A DNA stretch of 37,253 nt from a virus (taxonomy: Duplodnaviria; Caudoviricetes): positions 1-37,253 of the IMG/VR virus record IMGVR_UViG_3300020584_000002, one strand, 5' to 3'. Under the pieces are notes generated by a model. It worked only from the letters and a program-made list of their open reading frames with translations. It did no database searches and was not told the DNA's origin. Shown one piece after another: positions 28,773 through 36,325 of the stretch; the stretch's first letter is position 1, and each line of letters starts with the position of its first letter. The position numbers and the translations under genes are program-made.

Positions 28773-30452
28773 TTAAACCTCCATTGGTGATGGTGAATTG
28801 TAGCCACTAAACTGACCGACTATATCCATCATAGATGGATCACCAGTTTTTGAGTCATTTAATTTTACTGCATTTTCTACAGCTTGTTGTTGTCGTTCTG
28901 CTTGTGCTGCTGCTTGTTGTGCGGCTGCTCTTTCTTCACGAATCCTAGCTACTTGCTCACCTGCAACTACTAATTTAGGATCAACACCTAACATATCAGC
29001 ATAACTATCAGCCCATACGTCAGAATCAAACTTATCAAGTACTTCGGGTTTCATTTGTGCAACCATACCTAAATTATTAACATATCTATCTACACTATTT
29101 GTACCAATTGCACGTTGTGCCTGTGCCAACATAGAAACAAATTCTACGCTTAAATCTTGTCCTTGCAATTCTTCTGGTGCAGGTGGTATTAAATTAGCTT
29201 CTATCATCCTGTTAAATGTGTTGTCTATCAATGGATCTAGCAATTCATTGTGCAATCTTTCCAGTACAGGACCTAACATAAGCAATTTTTCTTCATGTCG
29301 TTCTGCTACTTCGGTAGCGGTCATGCGTGTATCGGTAGCATTTGCCAACATTAAAAACAAATCAGCATAAAAACTACTATTAATACGTTGTCTTACGTCT
29401 TGTATGTCCGCCAACAAGTGATTTAAATTTAGATTTACGTTAAATGCTGTCTCAATTTTGCCTTGTTGTCCATCAACAAAAGTAACACCGCCCGGTAAAC
29501 TGTCTACATCTCTGTTTTTCATGTAGCTTGGTACTTGTAACGGTGGTTTTGTTTGGTAATCAATGCCCTGTGCTTTGCGTAATTGCTCATGCTGTAACTG
29601 TTTTATGTCACCTAATGACTCCATCCCCGGTGAGTTACCATAAATATCACCACCTGCTAGACCCCATCTAGGAACAACAACAGGAAAATCTTTATATCCA
29701 CTTTCTCTTAAAGTCTGTTCTCCTTCACCACCTTGTTCAAAGTAACAAGATTTAAATGCCATGTTTAAATTATCTTTTTTACTAAAGTCACGCTCTCTAT
29801 CACTTCTTGGTTCTATTGCATGAATAATAGTTATCCATGTATCAAGACTACCTCTGTCATACAGGTTCTTAACAGACGTTGAACATTTGTTATATCCAAA
29901 CTCTCTAACTACTTCACTAACAGTTTTTTGAAACTCTCTGTACAAAGTATTAACTTTACCCTGATAATCTGTAGCAATTGCATATTCTCCTATGGTTACT
30001 GGGTAATGATGTATAGCAGTTTTAGGATCAGGCAAAATAATAGAACCTGCAGTACCAAATGCACCCAATTCTTCATACATACTGTGTAATGTTCTGTATG
30101 TATTAGACTTTGCAAACACAATTTGCATACGTTCTGTTACATCATCTAGCCATAACTTGACAGGTGTATATCTATTTAACTCTGGGTCATTAGTTCCTAA
30201 CCGAAACCAAGGTCTTGCAGGTGATGTTGCACCCGCCATCATGCCAGCACCTAATGTTCTTAATGCACGAGTACCAGTATTGTCATATATAGAGTTATGT
30301 CTTCTATGTCCTTTGTTTCTGTCTTGTACAAAATAACGTCCGTTTCTTGGTAACAGATATGTTGTCACTTCTTGCCAATGTGACCACCACGTTGCCCTCT
30401 CAGTTCTAAGATGACCCCATCTTGTTAACAGATCAGCACGTTTTGTTTTCAT
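28773..30452 (-). CDS. Portal (head-tail connector, T7 gp8/Bbp21 family)
   Basis: 'TSPARPWFRL', 'PRW...GDIYGNSPGM', 'MTATEVAERHEEKLLMLGPVLERL'. Confidence 0.95.
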   Translation of the reverse strand: MKTKRADLLTRWGHLRTERATWWSHWQEVTTYLLPRNGRYFVQDRNKGHRRHNSIYDNTGTRALRTLGAGMMAGATSPARPWFRLGTNDPELNRYTPVKLWLDDVTERMQIVFAKSNTYRTLHSMYEELGAFGTAGSIILPDPKTAIHHYPVTIGEYAIATDYQGKVNTLYREFQKTVSEVVREFGYNKCSTSVKNLYDRGSLDTWITIIHAIEPRSDRERDFSKKDNLNMAFKSCYFEQGGEGEQTLRESGYKDFPVVVPRWGLAGGDIYGNSPGMESLGDIKQLQHEQLRKAQGIDYQTKPPLQVPSYMKNRDVDSLPGGVTFVDGQQGKIETAFNVNLNLNHLLADIQDVRQRINSSFYADLFLMLANATDTRMTATEVAERHEEKLLMLGPVLERLHNELLDPLIDNTFNRMIEANLIPPAPEELQGQDLSVEFVSMLAQAQRAIGTNSVDRYVNNLGMVAQMKPEVLDKFDSDVWADSYADMLGVDPKLVVAGEQVARIREERAAAQQAAAQAERQQQAVENAVKLNDSKTGDPSMMDIVGQFSGYNSPSPMEV

Positions 30453-30455
30453 TGA

Positions 30456-30776
30456 TTAACCGCCTAATAATGTGTTACCACCTAGTTTAAGTTTCTCAGG
30501 ATCTACACCTTGATTACCTGTAAGCATTGTACCCGCAGGACCTGTTAATGCAGCCTGTTCCTCTTTTGCAGACAATGCACTTACATCTGCTTTCTTTCTA
30601 TTTGCTTTGTTTTGATCTATTTGTGCCCGCTCTTTTGCTTCTTTTGCCCTTTGTCTAGCTTCTAAATTAGCTTGACGTTGCATTTCCATCTGCTTTTTCA
30701 TCTGCTTTTTCTGGTTTTGACCAGTTTTATATGCAGAATATGCACTAATTGCACCAACAACCGCTGTAAATACCAT
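30456..30776 (-). CDS. Small virion/assembly protein upstream of the portal
   Basis: Hydrophobic N-terminus, coiled coil, 'GTMLTG.QG......LG..TLLGG' C-terminus typical of this locus. Confidence 0.7.
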   Translation of the reverse strand: MVFTAVVGAISAYSAYKTGQNQKKQMKKQMEMQRQANLEARQRAKEAKERAQIDQNKANRKKADVSALSAKEEQAALTGPAGTMLTGNQGVDPEKLKLGGNTLLGG

Positions 30777-30778
30777 AA

Positions 30779-31234
30779 TTAAAGTTCCTTTGAAAACATG
30801 ATTTCTTGTACACCATACTTAAGTTTTGGTAGTAACTTTGATAAAGCGGTGTTTTCTTTACCGTGCCATAACATCATTTTGCATCCGATAGATCTTGCAT
30901 GATCTTCAGTTACTTTGATTAACTGCAATCCTAAACGTCCACCTCTAAATTCTTTTTTGATAAACAAAACGTCATTTTGAGTGTATTTTAGTTCTGCATA
31001 ATGCAAATGATACGTTATCAAATTAAGAGAATAACCAATACATACGTTGTCTTGCATTGCCAAATAAACAAATAACGCTTGTTTATTATTTAATTCTTCA
31101 TACAAAGGCCAATTAACATCTAACTGCATTAATTCTTTGTTAAGAGCAATCTCTTGGTAATGCTCTTCAAATAATGGTGATGCTTTGTCCTTCCAATCAG
31201 AAAGCGTTGCAAGTTCAATCGTAGGTTTTGACAC
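30779..31234 (-). CDS. GNAT-family acetyltransferase
   Basis: 'DVLFIKKEFRGGRLGLQLIK' acetyl-CoA motif A. The ORF track starts at 31288, but GTG at 31234 lies downstream of the late promoter and is the more likely start. Confidence 0.8.
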   Translation of the reverse strand: MSKPTIELATLSDWKDKASPLFEEHYQEIALNKELMQLDVNWPLYEELNNKQALFVYLAMQDNVCIGYSLNLITYHLHYAELKYTQNDVLFIKKEFRGGRLGLQLIKVTEDHARSIGCKMMLWHGKENTALSKLLPKLKYGVQEIMFSKEL

Positions 31235-31247
31235 TCTACTTTTGTTT

Positions 31248-31281
31248 ACAGTACAAGCTGATTCATTAGTTACGGTCACAC
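31248..31281 (-). promoter_or_regulatory. Late promoter motif, copy 4 (GNAT-portal operon)
   Basis: GTGTGACCGTAA-N16-TACTGT (TG extension present). Confidence 0.72.
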
Positions 31282-31333
31282 TAGTCATAAAAGATATAAT
31301 ACTTATAACTATTATTGGAATTAATTTTAATTA

Positions 31334-32659
31334 ATGCAAGTAAGTCTCGATTATACCCCTCGTGAATGGCAGCGACTTTGTCATATAAACAAACAAAGGT
31401 TTAGTGTCTACGCATTGCATAGACGATCAGGTAAAACTGAACTGGCAATCATGGAATTAATAGACAAAGCCATGAAAACAGATAAAGATCTTGCCATATT
31501 TACCTATGTTGCTCCCTTCTTACGTCAGGCTAAAGCTATTAGTTGGGCGAGATTAAAACAAAAACTAGAACCATTAAGACAACGCTCTGCTATAGAAATA
31601 AATGAAGGTGAATTATCTATAAAATTTAAACATAACGGTGCAATTATTAGGTTATTTGGTGGTGATAATCCTGATGCTATGCGTGGATTAAGACTTGATG
31701 GTTGTATTTTGGATGAGGTTGCCAATATAAAACCAGAATTGTGGATGGACATCGTACAGCCTTGTCTATCTGACCGTTTGGGTTGGTGCATTTTTATTGG
31801 TACACCGTCAGGTATTAATCTATTTAGCGAGTTGTATTACAAAGCACTTGATGAGGAAGATTGGACAGCTTCTAGATATACCGTATATGACACAGATTCG
31901 TTGCATCCTTCTGAGGTAGAGCGTCTTAAACGTGATATGAGTGAGACTAGTTTTGCTAGGGAATATCTATGCGACTTCTCAGCACAGGGTGATGATCAGT
32001 TAATAGCATTAGCAGATACCGAAGAAGCATCTAAACGTGTGTATCAATTAGATCATGTGAGACATTCGCCAGTAGTGTTAGGTGTAGATATTGCACGATT
32101 TGGGGATGATCGATCTGTAGTGTTTCGTAGACAGGGTAGACAAGCTTTTAAACCTGTTATTTATCGTGGTATAGACAATATGGATTTAGCTACTAGGGTT
32201 GCCAATCTTATGGAGGAGCATAAACCTGATGCTGTGTTTTGTGATAGTGGTGGTGGAGGTGGTGTAATCGATAGATTAAGACAACTTAAATATGACGTAA
32301 TCGAGATACCGTTTGGTGGTAAGGCTACATATCCCGATAAGTACATAAACCGTAGAACTGAGATGTGGTGGTTAATGAAGGAGTGGGTAGAGGAAGGTGG
32401 TGCGATACCTGATAATGTGGCACTCAAACAAGAATTGGCTACACCCATATACTGGTACGACAATGTGGGTAGGAGAGTGTTGGAGTCTAAGGATCAGATT
32501 AAGAAGAGATTACAGGGTGGTGGATCACCTGATCTTGCGGATGCTCTAGCTCTTACATTTGCCCTTCCAGTTGGTAAGAAACAACCCGAAGACATATACA
32601 TTAAAAGACGTAAAGAAGCTACACAGAAGGCCGATTATGACCCATACAAAATACTTTAA
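31334..32659 (+). CDS. terL: Terminase large subunit
   Basis: Walker A HRRSGKT, Walker B ILDEV, FIGTP coupling motif, nuclease LGVDIARFGDD and SPDLADAL. Confidence 0.95.
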   Translation: MQVSLDYTPREWQRLCHINKQRFSVYALHRRSGKTELAIMELIDKAMKTDKDLAIFTYVAPFLRQAKAISWARLKQKLEPLRQRSAIEINEGELSIKFKHNGAIIRLFGGDNPDAMRGLRLDGCILDEVANIKPELWMDIVQPCLSDRLGWCIFIGTPSGINLFSELYYKALDEEDWTASRYTVYDTDSLHPSEVERLKRDMSETSFAREYLCDFSAQGDDQLIALADTEEASKRVYQLDHVRHSPVVLGVDIARFGDDRSVVFRRQGRQAFKPVIYRGIDNMDLATRVANLMEEHKPDAVFCDSGGGGGVIDRLRQLKYDVIEIPFGGKATYPDKYINRRTEMWWLMKEWVEEGGAIPDNVALKQELATPIYWYDNVGRRVLESKDQIKKRLQGGGSPDLADALALTFALPVGKKQPEDIYIKRRKEATQKADYDPYKIL

Positions 32660-33200
32660 ACGTATAGCTCATGGGTTAGACGTTGAACCATTGCTTGAGT
32701 TGTTGGATGCTAGACCAGAGTTATGGGATGAGATAACAACAAGGCAAACATTTACCAAGTCACCACATAAAGACACCGAGACTATCTATGTTCGAGGGGC
32801 ATTGAAGATGTCTCCTTACTATCTTCTTTACGACATTGGAGCATATGACTATCCATGCATGGAATATCTCAAGACAGCATTAATACCATTGATGCGACCA
32901 ATATTAAACAAGCTACAAGTTAAGGAGTTAGGAAGGGTACTAATAGTTAACTTGAAGTCCACTAGTCAAGTAACAAGACACATCGATCAGGGAACATATG
33001 CAGATCACTATGAGAGGTTTCATATCGTACTAAGAAGCAATCAACATTGCTTTCTAACTAGTGGCAACTGGGTTCTAAACCTTGAAGTAGGAGAGGTATG
33101 GTGGTTTAACAATAAAGTTCTTCACTCCGCAGAAAACAATGGAGATAGCGATAGATGGCACATTATCTTTGATGCTGTTATTTCTCAGGAACTCCAGTAA
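32637..33200 (+). CDS. 2OG-Fe(II) dioxygenase, aspartyl/asparaginyl beta-hydroxylase family
   Basis: HxD (HID), RFHIVL, GEVWWFNN..LH.A.N....R.H...D; likely start is the ATG at 32637 overlapping the terL end. Confidence 0.85.
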   Translation: MTHTKYFKRIAHGLDVEPLLELLDARPELWDEITTRQTFTKSPHKDTETIYVRGALKMSPYYLLYDIGAYDYPCMEYLKTALIPLMRPILNKLQVKELGRVLIVNLKSTSQVTRHIDQGTYADHYERFHIVLRSNQHCFLTSGNWVLNLEVGEVWWFNNKVLHSAENNGDSDRWHIIFDAVISQELQ

Positions 33201-33663
33201 GTACTGTTAATGCAACTCCACCATCATGGTCTACCCCTAGACGATCTCCAAACCGCTTGGGGTTGAACTTAGCAAGCATTTTCATTCTTGTTTCAACTCT
33301 GTTCTTTTGCCAATTAATAAAGCTTGGATCGATGCGTGTGTTCCCTTCAGAGCCACAATAAACAGGAGGAGTATCAATTAGCTCTAAACACTCCTCAAAT
33401 AGAATCTCACACCCTGTATCCCTCGCCCGTGCGAAGGCTGACCGAAACTCCTCATCTTTATCCAACCATTTATAAATAGTTCTCCATTGAACGCTTCCAT
33501 TTGTACGGCAATATTCCCTCAAAGTTTTACCGTGAGCAATCCAATCACAAATTTTTTTAGCTTCAACAGGATCAACTTTCTCTGTAGGCCGTCCGAGTTT
33601 TGTAGATTGTTTTCCAACGGTCTGGAGTTTGACAGCGGATTTGTCCTTTAACGATTTTTGCAA
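33178..33663 (-). CDS. terS: Terminase small subunit (Sf6/P22-like)
   Basis: 'GRP....ICDWIAHGKTLREYC...TIYKWL..DEEF...ARAR', 'ETRMKMLAKFNPKRFGDR'; TTG start with AGAGGT SD. Confidence 0.88.
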   Translation of the reverse strand: MQKSLKDKSAVKLQTVGKQSTKLGRPTEKVDPVEAKKICDWIAHGKTLREYCRTNGSVQWRTIYKWLDKDEEFRSAFARARDTGCEILFEECLELIDTPPVYCGSEGNTRIDPSFINWQKNRVETRMKMLAKFNPKRFGDRLGVDHDGGVALTVLTGVPEK

Positions 33664-33850
33664 TTGTACCTCTGGGTAAATTAAAAACTTTCCCTAATGT
33701 TCCATAACCTAAATTAAATTCATCTCTTAACAATAAAATAGAATCAACTACAGATTGGTCTATAGAATAATTCCAATGACTAGAATTAATACGGTAACCC
33801 TCAGAATTTACTTGAACATACTCTCTAGTAACCTGAGTAATGGGAATCAT
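33572..33850 (-). CDS. Helix-turn-helix protein upstream of terS
   Basis: 'LGYGTLGKVFNLPRGTIAKIVKG' HTH pattern. Confidence 0.7.
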   Translation of the reverse strand: MIPITQVTREYVQVNSEGYRINSSHWNYSIDQSVVDSILLLRDEFNLGYGTLGKVFNLPRGTIAKIVKGQIRCQTPDRWKTIYKTRTAYRES

Positions 33851-33875
33851 TAATAAGAAAGGTAAAATTAACCAT

Positions 33876-33904
33876 AATATAAAGAAATATTAGATAAATC
33901 GCAA
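33876..33904 (-). promoter_or_regulatory. Sigma70-type promoter for HTH-terS
   Basis: TTGCGA-17nt-TATATT. Confidence 0.55.
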
Positions 33905-33922
33905 TATTTTTTATTTTTTTTC

Positions 33923-33951
33923 TTGACATATGTATGACATATGTATACACT
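33923..33951 (+). promoter_or_regulatory. Strong sigma70 promoter with an overlapping 11-bp tandem repeat
   Basis: TTGACA-17nt-TACACT; TGACATATGTA x2 at 33924-33945; T-rich UP element. Confidence 0.8.
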
Positions 33952-34011
33952 TAATAGTAATCGGTATGTCGAACCGATTGTTTCCCTAACTAATTTAATT
34001 AACTACAGACA

Positions 34012-34311
34012 ATGGAAGAGACTTTCACACCAAACCAAATAGTAGAAGAAGCTACATTGTGGTTTATGACTTTCAACGGTACATATGCAAGATTGCTAAA
34101 GCGTACTAAAGCCGAGGGTAAACGTGCATTTGTTGTATTTTGCGATCAAGCATTACACACAGACTATAGAGATGTTAAGGGTAAAGGAGTTAAAGATGCA
34201 TTTATTAATGCTTTTATGTCTAGCTCTACTATTGCTAACATCACTAGCAAAGATTTAGTCCAAGGTTCTGTTGAATATAAAGAACTTGTAGACGCATACT
34301 TGGGTGAATAA
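34012..34311 (+). CDS. Early hypothetical protein (99 aa)
   Basis: ORF between a strong promoter and a terminator. Confidence 0.75.
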   Translation: MEETFTPNQIVEEATLWFMTFNGTYARLLKRTKAEGKRAFVVFCDQALHTDYRDVKGKGVKDAFINAFMSSSTIANITSKDLVQGSVEYKELVDAYLGE

Positions 34312-34326
34312 TTTCACCCTTTTTTT
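34302..34326 (+). terminator. Rho-independent terminator
   Basis: GGGTGAA-taat-TTCACCC followed by T7. Confidence 0.8.
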
Positions 34327-34352
34327 ATTCACATTATTTATTTTTTAAGACC

Positions 34353-34646
34353 ATGCCAATGTCACTTTGCGATTATCCAATAGTTACCGATCAGGTTACA
34401 CATGATTGGAAATACAGAATAGTATTTACTATTGATTGTGATTATGAGGAATTAGTTCAAGCTATCGACCTCGACTATGTGAGAAGAGGAAACGATTTAA
34501 AAGTTTCTTGTTACTCTGATTCAGATAATGAATTAGAAAACTGGTTAGAGCCAGAGTACGACAAATTTTGTGAAAACGTACTCAATCCAGAATTAGCAGA
34601 GTCATGCAGTTATGCGGTTGTTTATCGCAAAAAAGGAGCTAAATGA
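34353..34646 (+). CDS. Acidic early hypothetical protein (97 aa)
   Basis: ORF track; ends with an AAGGAG SD for the next ORF. Confidence 0.7.
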   Translation: MPMSLCDYPIVTDQVTHDWKYRIVFTIDCDYEELVQAIDLDYVRRGNDLKVSCYSDSDNELENWLEPEYDKFCENVLNPELAESCSYAVVYRKKGAK

Positions 34647-34696
34647 TGGCTTTTGCACTATTTCCTTATTTACTTTTATTCCTAATCCTTATTTGA
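34643..34696 (+). CDS. 17-aa hydrophobic peptide MMAFALFPYLLLFLILI
   Basis: AAGGAG SD, ATGA overlap with the previous stop, fills the gap exactly. Confidence 0.5.
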   Translation: MMAFALFPYLLLFLILI

Positions 34697-34697
34697 C

Positions 34698-34847
34698 ATG
34701 ACACCATCAGAACTCAAAGACCACATGATCGACCAGTTAAGAGATCTTAATTACACAGATCATCAACTTATAGATTCATTTGTAAGATTTCTCCCACAAT
34801 CACAATTAGAGGAGTTACAAGATTCAATCCAAAGACAGGAGTTTTAA
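34698..34847 (+). CDS. 49-aa hypothetical protein
   Basis: Read manually: MTPSELKDHMIDQLRDLNY...SIQRQEF; tightly packed in the operon. Confidence 0.7.
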   Translation: MTPSELKDHMIDQLRDLNYTDHQLIDSFVRFLPQSQLEELQDSIQRQEF

Positions 34848-34849
34848 AA

Positions 34850-35059
34850 ATGACTTTAGCTAAACAACAACTATGGCTAGTAGAACAATTTCAAGCTTAC
34901 TGCAAGAAACATCATCTACCTAATATGTCAGCGGATGATTTAACTAGCCCTCCATATAGGGAAAAGTTAACTGGTCAGCAAATAGATTGGTTACAGACGT
35001 TTATACACGTTTGGGAGGTTGTAGAATACGATGTAAACCAAGATTCTGGCAATACATAA
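34850..35059 (+). CDS. Hypothetical protein (69 aa)
   Basis: ORF track; AGGAG SD. Confidence 0.7.
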   Translation: MTLAKQQLWLVEQFQAYCKKHHLPNMSADDLTSPPYREKLTGQQIDWLQTFIHVWEVVEYDVNQDSGNT

Positions 35060-35155
35060 TATGTAGGTTGACTAGGTGACATTGTTATCATTAAAGCGTA
35101 AGTAATCTTTCCTTAAAGAACCGCCTTACCGCCTACACTTCACACTAAAAAGACT

Positions 35156-35183
35156 AGAGGGTATAAAAACCCTCTTTTTTTTT
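35156..35183. terminator. Bidirectional Rho-independent terminator
   Basis: AGAGGGT-ataaaa-ACCCTCT plus T-run on +; A-run at 35147-35151 gives a U-tract on -; lies between convergent operons. Confidence 0.8.
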
Positions 35184-35185
35184 GG

Positions 35186-35332
35186 CTAGTCGTAAGCATC
35201 TCTTTTTTTTAAAATATAATATTGAGATTGACATTTGTTACATTCTAAAATGGTTCTTACAGAAAATGGATCATTTTTTATCTCTTTTTCAAAAACCAGA
35301 GATAATTTATTATCACACCAATAGCAATTCAT
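35186..35332 (-). CDS. 48-aa zinc-ribbon protein (CxxC...CxxC)
   Basis: Read manually: MNCYWCDNKLSLVFEKEIKNDPFSVRTILECNKCQSQYYILKKRDAYD; ATGA overlap with the mom-like stop. Confidence 0.75.
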   Translation of the reverse strand: MNCYWCDNKLSLVFEKEIKNDPFSVRTILECNKCQSQYYILKKRDAYD

Positions 35333-36018
35333 AATAAATTTAATTGTTTTATTATTTTAGTTTTAATTAAATTATTTTCTTTTTTTCTGTGTATCTGATA
35401 ACAATATATGTGCTTCGGTGGTTTGTTTATATATCTAGCTTTACCTTCTAACAATGCTTTTTTTATTTCATAAGTAAATGGTTTGTAGTTTTTATTGTCA
35501 TCAACAGACCTTATAGCTTTATCATGGTAAATTTTGCCGTTATAAAGTATTACCTTACTTTTATCCGTATATCCTTTATGTTTAAAATTACTAGCTTTAT
35601 AAATAGTTCCATTATGGTTATAAAAAGGATCTGCATAAGAAACTATGGTTTTATAATTAGTAAATTTTTTTAAAAATTTAATTGTTTTAGCAATAAAAAA
35701 ACTTTCTGTATTTTTCTTTGTATCATCTACGCAACATAACCTTTTAAGCTCTATAACCTCGTCTTCTCTGTTGCCGTACTTTTGCCATGTGTTTGCCATA
35801 GACAATGAGCCATAGATAATAGAGCCTACTAAATCATTATGGTGATACAAACCAAACACATGGGAAACTCTTAATCCATTAATATTTTTAGAATAATGCC
35901 AATTTTCAACAAAATTTCTAACTTGCTGTATAGAAACAGGTTTAACAATAAAATCTTTTACATGAACACTACTAAAGTTAGTTTCTGGATCAGCTAACTT
36001 AAATAATGTTTGTTGCAT
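35329..36018 (-). CDS. mom: Mom-family DNA adenine modification enzyme (GNAT fold)
   Basis: HYS, ELKRL, NTESFFI, IVSYADP..H.GTIYKASNF motifs characteristic of phage Mu Mom homologues. Confidence 0.85.
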   Translation of the reverse strand: MQQTLFKLADPETNFSSVHVKDFIVKPVSIQQVRNFVENWHYSKNINGLRVSHVFGLYHHNDLVGSIIYGSLSMANTWQKYGNREDEVIELKRLCCVDDTKKNTESFFIAKTIKFLKKFTNYKTIVSYADPFYNHNGTIYKASNFKHKGYTDKSKVILYNGKIYHDKAIRSVDDNKNYKPFTYEIKKALLEGKARYINKPPKHIYCYQIHRKKENNLIKTKIIKQLNLL

Positions 36019-36019
36019 A

Positions 36020-36265
36020 TCAATTTCTACCGAAAATAATATCGTGGGGAGTCACGTTTAAATCTTTATCCCAACAAACAGTTAAAACCTTTTGTTGCAT
36101 ATTAGAAGGAACTAGTCCAGACTTAGACCACTTCCAAATGCTACCGCTATTTCTACCTACGGCTCTAGCAAGTGGCCTGATACCACCAAACTCTTCGATA
36201 AGAATGTCTACTGGTGATTTGTAATTTTTTGTGTTATCCATGTATTCTATGTTGGCATATTTCAT
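36020..36265 (-). CDS. Cro/YdaS-like HTH regulator
   Basis: 'FGGIRPLARAVGRNSGSIWKW...G.VP' pattern; divergent from a strong early promoter; start may be the ATG at 36241. Confidence 0.8.
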   Translation of the reverse strand: MKYANIEYMDNTKNYKSPVDILIEEFGGIRPLARAVGRNSGSIWKWSKSGLVPSNMQQKVLTVCWDKDLNVTPHDIIFGRN

Positions 36266-36296
36266 ACAAAAAGTCTATAGGTAATTTATCAATTGT

Positions 36297-36325
36297 TTGA
36301 CAAAGGTATACATCTATGTTAATGT
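36297..36325 (+). promoter_or_regulatory. Sigma70 promoter
   Basis: TTGACA-17nt-TAATGT with TG extension. Confidence 0.7.

Noticed and set aside
2453-32463. Numerous antisense ORFs in the track (e.g. 2453, 5140, 8080, 12139, 13246, 14508, 16060, 20694, 25926, 28179, 31525, 32161)
   Set aside because: They lie opposite well-supported genes, mostly have TTG/GTG starts without SD, and have the composition expected from reverse-complement codon bias.
32559-32636. Extended N-terminus of the hydroxylase from the ORF track
   Set aside because: The TTG start lies deep inside terL; the ATG at 32637 gives a typical short overlap and family-like length.
31331-33215. TTAATGCAA near both ends of the inverted terL block as recombinase sites
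   Set aside because: The copies are in direct, not inverted, orientation, are short and AT-rich, and no invertase is present.
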